Shown here: piece by piece, positions 26,577 through 35,032 of the stretch
Position numbering within the stretch: the stretch's first letter is position 1
Layout of the letters: each line of letters begins with the position of its first letter
From: an uncultured Bacilli bacterium
Lineage (GTDB): Bacteria; Bacillota_I; Bacilli_A; RF39; UBA660
Direction: 5' to 3'
Assembly: GCA_910576985.1 (NCBI GenBank)
Contig: CAJTLA010000001.1
Coordinates: 1-60,436 of the forward strand
Length of the DNA stretch: 60,436 bases
The notes under the pieces: generated by a model
Seen by the model: only the letters and a program-made list of their open reading frames with translations
Databases searched by the model: none
What the model was told of the DNA's origin: nothing
Program-made: the position numbers and the translations under genes

Positions 26577-26587
26577 AACGCCTCCAT

Positions 26588-27370
26588 CTAATTTTGTTTC
26601 ATTTTTTCATAATAATGATATGCTTTTCGAAGTCCTTCATAATGATAATATTTTTGAATTTTTTTAAAGTCTTGATCCATTTCTTTTTTTGTCTTGAAAT
26701 ATTCTTGTTCATCGGAATAAACTTCATAAATTGTATTTACTTTTTTTTGATATTTTTTTGCATATTCGATTTCATTTTCAATGTTCTCTTTTGTATATTT
26801 TATATTATAGTTCATCAGTGATGCTTCATCGCATCCTTCTTTTATTATATCTTCTAATAGGTTCTTGTCAATACTATCCAACCAGACTGGGAGCGCTAGA
26901 ACAACATAAAGATTTTTCTTTTTCGCATATTGATATGCTTCTTTTACTGAAGCCGCATAAAGTGGAAAGTCAAAATCTTCTTCATTATGTAAGTAAGGTT
27001 CTACATCAAAGACGATTCCATCTATTTTTTCTTCATTTCTCTGATTATAAGAGATTACTTTGTCAATTTCTTTTTTCATTTGGGTGGCTTTTCGATCTAG
27101 TCCCCAAGATGGGTCTCCACATAATTGATATACTTTTATTTTTTTTTCTTTCATTTTTTTTAAAAATGCAGAATCATTTTTACTTAAGTAGTCTGTGGTA
27201 AAGTCTTGATAAATTTCTTTGATATCATACTTTTTAATGATATCGAATAGTTCTTTATCTTCTAATGCATCCATACTCCAAGAATATAATATATTATTTT
27301 CTTGTCTTGAGGTTATAATTAGAAATAAACATACAATGATTAAAATTACACTCCATATTTTCTTTTTCAA
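26588..27370 (-). CDS. Secreted or membrane-anchored small TIM-barrel-like glycoside-hydrolase-like protein
   Basis: N-terminal signal/anchor. IDGIVFDVEPY resembles the GH18-type DGxDxDxE acid-catalyst strip with the middle Asp replaced. No secure family assignment. Confidence 0.45.
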   Translation of the reverse strand: MKKKIWSVILIIVCLFLIITSRQENNILYSWSMDALEDKELFDIIKKYDIKEIYQDFTTDYLSKNDSAFLKKMKEKKIKVYQLCGDPSWGLDRKATQMKKEIDKVISYNQRNEEKIDGIVFDVEPYLHNEEDFDFPLYAASVKEAYQYAKKKNLYVVLALPVWLDSIDKNLLEDIIKEGCDEASLMNYNIKYTKENIENEIEYAKKYQKKVNTIYEVYSDEQEYFKTKKEMDQDFKKIQKYYHYEGLRKAYHYYEKMKQN

Positions 27371-27374
27371 ATTA

Positions 27375-28763
27375 TCACTCCATTTTTGTTCTTGATATTT
27401 TTCCCCAATTAAGTTTATTTTTTCGTGTTGTAAAAAATGAGGTTAATCGGTACCAGTTTACTAGTTGCCTAAATCCAAAGTTTTCAATGATAGAGTAAAA
27501 TATCACTCTAATAAAGTCTTTTGTTGAAAAACGGTTGGTTGTATATACACGATTAAAAAATGTTGTTATTGTAAATATGGTACAAAATAATATATAAATG
27601 GCAAAATAAATCATCATGAATTTAAAGTTAATCAGTTCTAAAAAGTAAGAAATAAATATGAATATCAGTCCTATTGTTTCTGTTAATGGCGCAAATAATT
27701 CATAGATCCAATAGTATAAGAAAGAAACCGTTCCTAATAGTCCATATTTGGGATTTAAAAACATATTTTTATGGGACAATAAACTTTGGAATAATCCTCT
27801 ATGCCATCTTTTTCTTTGACGTTTGAAGTCTTTTAATTTACTTGGTGCTTGTGTATAACATATGGCTTCTGGTACATAACTAATTCGATATGGAATTTTA
27901 TTAGAAATAGCATAATCATGAAGTCGAATGACTAGTTCCATATCTTCTCCAATCGTGTTGGTTTTGTAGCCTCCTGCTTCTATTACAATTTGTTTTTTGA
28001 AAAGTCCGAAGGCTCCTGATACAATCATATTTCCATTGAATACATCGAATATGGTTCTACTCGCTAAAAAAGTACGATCATATTCTAAAGTCTGAATCAT
28101 TTCTAAATATTTTTTTGGCAAATGATAGTCGACGATTTTTCCATCTTTGAATGTAAGTCCATTTGATAGTTTGATCACACCTCCTGTTGCAATAATTGTA
28201 GAGTCTTCCATAATTGGTTTTACTAACTCTGTTAAAGAATTTTCTTGTAATACAGAATCTGCATCAATGGTTAGAAAGTATGGAGAATTTGCAGTATTAA
28301 TTCCAGCATTTAAGGCATCTGCTTTCCCTCCATTTTCTTTTGCAACAACAGTTAATTTTACTTTTAAATTTCCTTCATAATATTCCTTTACTTTTTTTGT
28401 GTGAATTTTTCTTCTTACTACTTTTGGGATTTTCTTTAAATCATAATGTTTTATTAATGTTTTTAAGGTTTGATCTGTCGATCCATCGTCAACAACAACA
28501 ATCTCATATAATTTATAGTCTAAATTTAAAAGAGAGTCTATCGTTGATATAATGGTCACTTCTTCATTATAGGCAGGAACCACTATTGATATGGGCAAAT
28601 AGAAGTCCCTTTCTATTTCGTTTTTATATTTTTTCTTTCGTTCTGTTATATAAAAACGCATTGCTCCTATAATGGCGGAACAAAATAAGAAACCTCCATA
28701 AAGAATAATATAATACAAGAAAAAATCATTTACAAATAATGTTAAGTTTTTTAAAAAGCTCAT
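27375..28763 (-). CDS. Processive family-2 glycosyltransferase (synthase type, BcsA/PgaC/IcaA-like)
   Basis: N-terminal TM segment. Motifs: VVPAYNEE, VVVDDGSTD, GGKADALNAG, TIDADS, IGEDMEL and QRKRWHRG (Q(Q/R)xRW). There are C-terminal TM helices. Confidence 0.85.
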   Translation of the reverse strand: MSFLKNLTLFVNDFFLYYIILYGGFLFCSAIIGAMRFYITERKKKYKNEIERDFYLPISIVVPAYNEEVTIISTIDSLLNLDYKLYEIVVVDDGSTDQTLKTLIKHYDLKKIPKVVRRKIHTKKVKEYYEGNLKVKLTVVAKENGGKADALNAGINTANSPYFLTIDADSVLQENSLTELVKPIMEDSTIIATGGVIKLSNGLTFKDGKIVDYHLPKKYLEMIQTLEYDRTFLASRTIFDVFNGNMIVSGAFGLFKKQIVIEAGGYKTNTIGEDMELVIRLHDYAISNKIPYRISYVPEAICYTQAPSKLKDFKRQRKRWHRGLFQSLLSHKNMFLNPKYGLLGTVSFLYYWIYELFAPLTETIGLIFIFISYFLELINFKFMMIYFAIYILFCTIFTITTFFNRVYTTNRFSTKDFIRVIFYSIIENFGFRQLVNWYRLTSFFTTRKNKLNWGKISRTKME

Positions 28764-28766
28764 TTT

Positions 28767-29801
28767 CTACACTTCCTGACTTATCAATGCTTGAACCATT
28801 TCTATGGCAAATGGGTCTGTTAATCCAGTAATTTTTTTTAAATCGGTCATTTTTTTTAAACTTTTTGCTGCATTATAACGAACGTAATAGTTATAATTGC
28901 TCAATGATTTTGTTAATACTTTAATGGTTTTTGGACTTGGATAATTTGCTAATGTTTGAATGATCACCACATCATATTCAAAATCTTTATAGTAATTATT
29001 TTCTAAACGCTCTAATAATATTATACTAGCTTTTTTATCTAGTACCTTAGAAAAGTAGCGAATTATTTCGATTTCTACTTCTTTTTCTATGTTTTTAGGA
29101 TTTTTTAAACGTTCGATTAGTTCTTTTTTCACATCATATTTACATTGTCTAAAAAATGTTAAAAATCCAATTTTAAATGGTTCTTTAAATTCATCAAATC
29201 GCTCATATAGTTTTTTACAGAGTTCTTCTTTGTCTCCTATAAAATTAGACAGTCCATCTGCTACTAATTTATATCCATAGTTTATGTTTTGTCTAGACAT
29301 TATTTGGTAAGCTTCTACTACTTTATCACTGTTTCCTGAGTGGTAAAATGCTTGAAGAGCATTTTCTTGGCAATAAAGTGATTTTGAAGTAACGCAATGA
29401 AATAAAAAGTGATCGATTTCTTTTTGTTCAATTTGAATAAACTGTAACATATAAGCATAATATGCTTTCTCTAAGTCATCTTTTTTTTGATAAATTGATG
29501 CAAGAGATAAAAGAATTGTTTGATATTCTTTTTTGGAAACGATATCTTGAATGGTTTCATTTTCGATTTCAAGGTTTTCTTCTAGCATGTTACAAAATAC
29601 ATATAAATATGATAACGATTTCAATTTTTGAATTATTTTTTTGTTATCCTTTTTTAAAATAAGTTTTATTAATTTTTCTTTTTTTCTTTGATCAATTTTT
29701 TGTTCTCTTTTTCTTTTATATAAGCTAACCATATCATAAATTAAAAGTAGAACAAAGAATAGTACAAAGAAACTTAAAATAAATGTGACATGTTCTATCA
29801 T
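28767..29801 (-). CDS. Membrane-anchored HEAT-repeat protein
   Basis: One N-terminal TM segment followed by alpha-helical repeats. The terminal repeat LTKSLSNYNYYVRYNAAKSLKKM fits the HEAT/PBS-lyase repeat signature. Confidence 0.55.
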   Translation of the reverse strand: MIEHVTFILSFFVLFFVLLLIYDMVSLYKRKREQKIDQRKKEKLIKLILKKDNKKIIQKLKSLSYLYVFCNMLEENLEIENETIQDIVSKKEYQTILLSLASIYQKKDDLEKAYYAYMLQFIQIEQKEIDHFLFHCVTSKSLYCQENALQAFYHSGNSDKVVEAYQIMSRQNINYGYKLVADGLSNFIGDKEELCKKLYERFDEFKEPFKIGFLTFFRQCKYDVKKELIERLKNPKNIEKEVEIEIIRYFSKVLDKKASIILLERLENNYYKDFEYDVVIIQTLANYPSPKTIKVLTKSLSNYNYYVRYNAAKSLKKMTDLKKITGLTDPFAIEMVQALISQEV

Positions 29802-29804
29802 GTT

Positions 29805-31901
29805 CTACTCCTCCTTTAATGCATTTTTTATGATATCATATGATTTTTTTAGTCGTTCATGGTAAGTGATTCTTTCTTTCCATCCTTTTAAAGAAAGTGT
29901 TCCAAATGGAATTGTATTTTCTTTGGTTCCAATACCAATATGCATTTGATTAATGTGGTAGTCTTCTACTCCATAATGTTCATAATAATCATCATGAATC
30001 ATCATTAGTGATGGATCGGAAAAGTTTAATATTCCCCAAGGAATTCTAATTTCAATGATATTTCCATTGGCATAAAAGTCACTTAATGAGTTAAATTTAC
30101 TATGATTTGGGTCGCTTATTCCATAGATTAAGTTTCCTGTTTTTACTACAGTCGCTTTATTTTCAATTTGGTAATCTCCATTTTGACGGTTTAAGTTTTG
30201 AAAGCTTGTAATGAGTTCAATATCTTCGAAGTTTGAACTGTCTTTTTTTGGTATATTCCCTTTTTCGAATGGTTCAATCCAATATAGTTGCTTTCCATAC
30301 ATGGCTCTTAATGGATTATATCTATCTTGCACTACGATTTTAGAATTTTTAGAGCCATTGATTTTTATAATAAAATCTGCTGCTCGATCAAATTTTAAAT
30401 TATCAAATTTTGAAGTTTTACTTCCTGTTTTTGGTGTAATATCAATTGGTAAATAAATGGTTTCTTCTTCAAACTCAAGATTTTCTTTTTCTATCAATAA
30501 ATATAAGTAAGTTGTATCATATTTACTTGATAGTTGGAATCCATTTTTATTTAATATTTGATCTTCTTTTTTCCACTCATCTTTTTTTCCATCTAAGATC
30601 ACAGGTGTTTCTTTTTTTCCATTTTCAAATGTCAAAATTCCAAAGCTATTGGTCGATGTTTGAATGTCATGCCAGTATTGGCTTCTGGTAACATCAATAC
30701 TATACATAGTATTCCAAACGTTTTTATCCCATTCATCTTGCCACTCATAAAGAATAAAGTTATTAATTCCTACTTCTTGTATTGTTTGAATTGCTTTTAC
30801 GATCATTTCTCCTTGTTCTTCTTCAGTATAAGAGGAATGCCCATAGTCTTCATTTTGGAAGTTGATGGTTTCTCCTCGAGCGGTTGAATATCCAAATTCA
30901 GAAATTACAATTGGCATTTTGTAATGGTTATAAAGACTTTTTAAGTATTCTTTATAAGAGTTTTGATAATGTTCACCGTTTAAACTATAATAATCTGGAT
31001 ATCCTGTATAGACTGCAAATGAGGCAAATAATCCTGATTTTACTTTATTGGTTGTTTCTAGCCTACTGATATCTACTGTTGTAAATTTGTTAAAAAAATC
31101 ACTAATTGCTTCATCATAGGTAAATGGATCTGTGGTTGGAGCGTTTCCAAATGATAGTAATCTTTGAGTTCCATATTTGTTACTTTCGTAGGCAAATATA
31201 GTATCACCAATTTCTGCTAGTACACGTTCAAATGGTGTCGCTTCTTTTGTCGTTTTTATGTATTTTCCATGATATTCATGATCATTTTTGTGGTTTCTAT
31301 TTGTGTATTCTACGGTTACATCATTCCATTCTGTTCCAATAATATATCCAATGGTCCATTCTGACACGTCAGCATCAAAACTTCCTGATGCATAAATCGC
31401 ATTATAGTTGATTATTTTTTTTCCATGTATGACATCTATCATTACTTTGGAATCATTTATCAAACTATTTTTTAAACTTTCATGGAAATAGTCTACACTA
31501 GAATTTTTTTCATAATCTCCTGCATCAATTCCTTGGATGAGGTATAATGGTTTTTTTTGCGTTTTATTATATTCTTTGAGTGCTTTATAAAATTCTGGTG
31601 ATTCTATTGTAAATACTCGAATGGTGTTGATATTCATATCACTAATTTGAGAAAACCATTTTAAATATGTTTGTTTGGTAATTGAAAATTCTTTGTCATC
31701 ATGTCCTGGAATGGCGGAACCAATATTAATGGCTTTTATGGTAAATGGTTGATTTTGTAATTTTAGCTCTTTTTGTTCTGTTTTAATAAATGTGGTTACA
31801 TTTTTTTTTGAAATGATACTTGTAGAGGTGTAGAAGGTAAGATAGTAGTATGCTAGTATCAATATGATAATTATAAAACAAGATATTAAATACTTCTTCA
31901 T
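29805..31901 (-). CDS. Membrane-anchored extracytoplasmic protein with a clan GH-A-like (beta/alpha)8 domain and a C-terminal beta-rich domain
   Basis: 698 aa with an N-terminal TM segment. NINTIRVF and PIVISEFGYS are typical strand-4/strand-7 signatures of clan GH-A enzymes (GH5/GH72-like). No precise family was recognised. Confidence 0.5.
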   Translation of the reverse strand: MKKYLISCFIIIILILAYYYLTFYTSTSIISKKNVTTFIKTEQKELKLQNQPFTIKAINIGSAIPGHDDKEFSITKQTYLKWFSQISDMNINTIRVFTIESPEFYKALKEYNKTQKKPLYLIQGIDAGDYEKNSSVDYFHESLKNSLINDSKVMIDVIHGKKIINYNAIYASGSFDADVSEWTIGYIIGTEWNDVTVEYTNRNHKNDHEYHGKYIKTTKEATPFERVLAEIGDTIFAYESNKYGTQRLLSFGNAPTTDPFTYDEAISDFFNKFTTVDISRLETTNKVKSGLFASFAVYTGYPDYYSLNGEHYQNSYKEYLKSLYNHYKMPIVISEFGYSTARGETINFQNEDYGHSSYTEEEQGEMIVKAIQTIQEVGINNFILYEWQDEWDKNVWNTMYSIDVTRSQYWHDIQTSTNSFGILTFENGKKETPVILDGKKDEWKKEDQILNKNGFQLSSKYDTTYLYLLIEKENLEFEEETIYLPIDITPKTGSKTSKFDNLKFDRAADFIIKINGSKNSKIVVQDRYNPLRAMYGKQLYWIEPFEKGNIPKKDSSNFEDIELITSFQNLNRQNGDYQIENKATVVKTGNLIYGISDPNHSKFNSLSDFYANGNIIEIRIPWGILNFSDPSLMMIHDDYYEHYGVEDYHINQMHIGIGTKENTIPFGTLSLKGWKERITYHERLKKSYDIIKNALKEE

Positions 31902-31903
31902 TT

Positions 31904-33316
31904 CTAATCCCCCTCATACATTTTATTGATTGATTTGTGCGAATATTGTTTTAATGTTTCGATGTTTTCATCCATCCATTTTCCACGTTTATTTAAATAT
32001 GTTTTTACTTGTTTTAATGCTTCCGCATGGCTTTGATAGTTTCTTTCGTATGGTTCGAGCATATTTTCTGTTTCTGTAAAACTTGATTCCCATACTTCAA
32101 AGTTTCGATCAATAGAGTTTCCTAAATATTTGATGGTTTTATCAATATAGTTTTGTATGTATTGATCGCTTAGATAATTTGTTCTTAGGTAACGATAACG
32201 ATCAATGATTTTGTTTACAAATCGTTCGTCTTTTAAAAGCATGTTATACCAAGCTTTGTCTTGAAATAGGAAACCTGTATGACTATAAATTTCTTCTACG
32301 TAATTATTCATGGCATTATTAAAGTCCCAAACTGGGCCCATGTGTATTTTTCCTCTGATGTCTTTAAATAAGTAAGTAGAATGGGTTCCTGCATCACTAT
32401 TTTTAAAGAATTCATTGAGAATCATATAATCGACAAAGCTGTCAACGTCAATATATTTTTCATATTCTTTATAGTCATAGGAATATAATGCTTTTTCAAA
32501 TTTTGAAAAGTCATTGTTGATATAATCTAATATTTCTTCCGTCAAGTCTATTTCTGATGGATAGATAATGTTAATTGCGTTTTGATTAATAATTTTTCCG
32601 CTATATTTGCTTAAATTATTTAACATGATGTTACTGTCATCATGTCTATCTAAACGGACTATATAGCTACTCATTCCATTTGACCAGTTTGGTTTATATC
32701 GAGTGACTTCTGTTAATGTTCTAGAAATACTTTCTACTAGTAAGTATAGTCCTTGGTATTCTTCATTTAGAAATACTTCACAATAACGTACTTCTGGCAC
32801 ATTATTCATAATTTTTCCAGAAATGTTATATGATAAGTAATTTCTAATCAATGATTTATCAAGGTATGGTCCATTTAAAATCCATTTGTTTTCGTTTTGC
32901 ATTCCTAATAGTTGTACATTTTTTCCTTGTTGATTTTTATCGATAAATTTTACTAAATATTGATGTTTGGGGAAGACACGAGATGAGTTTCCACGATATC
33001 GAATCTGAATATTACTTGATAAGTTTTTTTTATCAGTTAAACGGTTACTTGTTTTTCCGTTATAATAAAGGGAAAATTGTGCTTCAATTAAGTCACTTTC
33101 TCCGTTAATTCCGGGAATGGTTTTGTTATTTGTATTGATTTCTACAATTGGTAAATGGGTGCAAAATTCGTCATTTTTGTTACAAGTATTTTTTATTTTT
33201 TCATCAATATGTTGATCAATTCTTTTTTCATGGGATTCACTGATTCTTGCGTTTGCAAACAGGCATAATATAAAAACAATGGCTAATGATAAAAAACTAA
33301 TGAGTTTGAATTTCAT
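31904..33316 (-). CDS. CotH-family atypical protein kinase, exported
   Basis: N-terminal signal/anchor MKFKLISFLSLAIVFILCLFANA. The CotH core reads KHQYLVKF...NKWILNGPYLDKSLIRNYLSYNISGKIM...VFLNEEYQGLYLLVESI. Confidence 0.8.
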   Translation of the reverse strand: MKFKLISFLSLAIVFILCLFANARISESHEKRIDQHIDEKIKNTCNKNDEFCTHLPIVEINTNNKTIPGINGESDLIEAQFSLYYNGKTSNRLTDKKNLSSNIQIRYRGNSSRVFPKHQYLVKFIDKNQQGKNVQLLGMQNENKWILNGPYLDKSLIRNYLSYNISGKIMNNVPEVRYCEVFLNEEYQGLYLLVESISRTLTEVTRYKPNWSNGMSSYIVRLDRHDDSNIMLNNLSKYSGKIINQNAINIIYPSEIDLTEEILDYINNDFSKFEKALYSYDYKEYEKYIDVDSFVDYMILNEFFKNSDAGTHSTYLFKDIRGKIHMGPVWDFNNAMNNYVEEIYSHTGFLFQDKAWYNMLLKDERFVNKIIDRYRYLRTNYLSDQYIQNYIDKTIKYLGNSIDRNFEVWESSFTETENMLEPYERNYQSHAEALKQVKTYLNKRGKWMDENIETLKQYSHKSINKMYEGD

Positions 33317-33321
33317 TGTTT

Positions 33322-33999
33322 TTACCCATTAATTTCATCATTTTGACAAACAATATTTACATAGTCAATGTTTTTAATTTTATATAATGAATCACTAATT
33401 GATAGTTCATTTGTGTTTGCTTTGTTATATGATTTTCTTGATAATTCATAAATAAATTCTACTGTTTCTGGACTTGTATTTTTTACTCTCAAGTTGGCTT
33501 TTCCATGGAAATAAGTGAATATGGTTGATTCAATTTCGCCTTCATTTTTTCTACTTCCACGCACAACTAATAGCAAACGATCTGTATTTTTGATTCTTCC
33601 GAATAGTAATAGAAAGATAAAAATGACAATAGCTCCTACAATTGCAATTGTGAAGCAAGAGATTCCACAGCATAATCCCATTGAAATTGCCCAAAAAATA
33701 TAGATGGTATCTCTTGGATCTTTTATGGCAGTACGGAAGCGAACAATAGAAAGTGCTCCAATTGTTCCTAATGATAATGCGATGTTATTTTGAATTACGG
33801 TCATGACAATTGCAGTTACAACGGTTAACATGACAAGTGAAATATTAAATTTTGTGGAATAAATCGTTCCTGCATGGGTGTATAGGTATGATAAAAATAC
33901 AAGTAAACCTAAAATTAAGGCCATTACTACATTTAGTATGATTTGTTCAGTACTAAGTGTTCCTGTTGTTTCAAAAATATTTGTTATTAATTCATTCAT
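33322..33999 (-). CDS. DUF4956-domain membrane protein (usual partner of bacterial VTC-domain proteins)
   Basis: Contains LGTIGALSIVRFRTAIKDPRDTIYIFWAISMGLCCG and multiple TM segments. The start was set at 33999, after a GAGGAG RBS. Confidence 0.8.
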   Translation of the reverse strand: MNELITNIFETTGTLSTEQIILNVVMALILGLLVFLSYLYTHAGTIYSTKFNISLVMLTVVTAIVMTVIQNNIALSLGTIGALSIVRFRTAIKDPRDTIYIFWAISMGLCCGISCFTIAIVGAIVIFIFLLLFGRIKNTDRLLLVVRGSRKNEGEIESTIFTYFHGKANLRVKNTSPETVEFIYELSRKSYNKANTNELSISDSLYKIKNIDYVNIVCQNDEING

Positions 34000-34015
34000 T
34001 TTATTACTCCTCACT

Positions 34016-34720
34016 TTAATAAATATATTTAATGGTATTCATTCTACCTAAGCAATATTTGCTGATTGGTGTTTGAATTCGATCGATTGTACGAATTAAA
34101 TCTTTTACATAAGATAGTAGAAATCCATTATATTTTACTTCTAATACTACATGATTTTGATCAAAAACGGGATTTAACAATAAGTTTTTGTCAAATAAAT
34201 CAAATGATGTTTCTGTTGCTCTAATATCACTATCAAATGTAATTCTAGTTGAGTTTTCATTTACAATATAGGCTTTTCTACGATATTGATTGATGGTTTT
34301 TGGTACATAGTGATATTTACTCATAATGGTATATACTTCTAGTGCGAAGGGTTCTTCTTTTTCTAGTAGTACTTGATAGTCTTTTTTTATCAATCGCTCT
34401 GCTTCTTCTTTTGATACTTTTAATGATCTTTTCTGTTGATAGTTTCCTTGTTTTTGTTTCATTTCTAAGTAGGCAAAGTCATCTTCTGGATCATAAATAC
34501 GTAAACGTATTTTTCTTCTCGTTTCTAATCCATCTATTTTATTATAAAAGTCATCATCATATAGGGTATCAAAATATAAAGATCGAATCAGGTATCCATC
34601 CTTTTTGTTATGACTGTCTGGATGAAGTACTTTTCCAAAATAATGATCACTAGATAAATAGTTTCGATATGTGATCAAATATTTTTTTTCTTCCCTCAGG
34701 ACTTTTCGCAAATGCTTCAC
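34016..34720 (-). CDS. VTC-domain (polyphosphate-polymerase-like, triphosphate-tunnel) protein
   Basis: Contains REEKKYLITY...IRSLYFDTLYDDDFYNKIDGLETRRKIRLRIY...VVLEVKYNG. The ORF-track GTG start abuts the RBS, so the TTG at 34709-34711 is an alternative start. Confidence 0.8.
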   Translation of the reverse strand: MKHLRKVLREEKKYLITYRNYLSSDHYFGKVLHPDSHNKKDGYLIRSLYFDTLYDDDFYNKIDGLETRRKIRLRIYDPEDDFAYLEMKQKQGNYQQKRSLKVSKEEAERLIKKDYQVLLEKEEPFALEVYTIMSKYHYVPKTINQYRRKAYIVNENSTRITFDSDIRATETSFDLFDKNLLLNPVFDQNHVVLEVKYNGFLLSYVKDLIRTIDRIQTPISKYCLGRMNTIKYIY

Positions 34721-34765
34721 CTTCTTTCATTTTATATAGAAGGATATCATCAATGTTTCTCACAC

Positions 34766-34795
34766 AAAAATAGTATTGTTTCAAATACTATTGGG
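34766..34795 (-). promoter_or_regulatory. Terminator-like attenuator hairpin inside the operon leader
   Basis: The minus strand reads aatagtatt-tgaaaca-aatactatt (a perfect 9-bp stem) followed by TTTTGTGTG. It lies about 50 nt upstream of the VTC start. Confidence 0.5.
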
Positions 34796-34869
34796 TGCTT
34801 TTTATCACTTTTACACTCAAATTTTAAAGCATAATATATTTTGATTTCCTTCCACTAATACTAGCTTAT

Positions 34870-34897
34870 ATAATAGCACAAATTCTCATTTTGTCAA
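34870..34897 (-). promoter_or_regulatory. Promoter of the VTC...HD-GYP operon
   Basis: The minus strand reads TTGACA (34892-34897), a 16-nt spacer, then the extended -10 TGcTATTAT (hexamer at 34870-34875). Confidence 0.6.
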
Positions 34898-34967
34898 ATT
34901 GATTCATCAGATTTTAAATTTCTGCTTGATAATATTTATGAATTTTATTATTTTTTATTCCTTCCAT

Positions 34968-35000
34968 AGAAAAACACAAAAAGTCTTGGTTTTTGTGTTC
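34968..35000 (-). terminator. Rho-independent terminator of the upstream thioredoxin-like gene
   Basis: The minus strand reads acacaaaaa-ccaagac-tttttgtgt followed by TTTTT. Confidence 0.7.
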
Positions 35001-35032
35001 TTTTTAAATAAAACAATTATTACTTCTGAGTT

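Noticed and set aside
34721-34869. A c-di-GMP riboswitch (class I GEMM or class II) in the operon leader, expected because of the HD-GYP gene.
   Set aside because: I could not find the conserved cores (the GGCAAA...GACGCAAAGCC-type GEMM-I elements or the class II ACGCAC/CCCGC elements). Only a generic attenuator hairpin is visible, and it is reported as an unknown leader instead.
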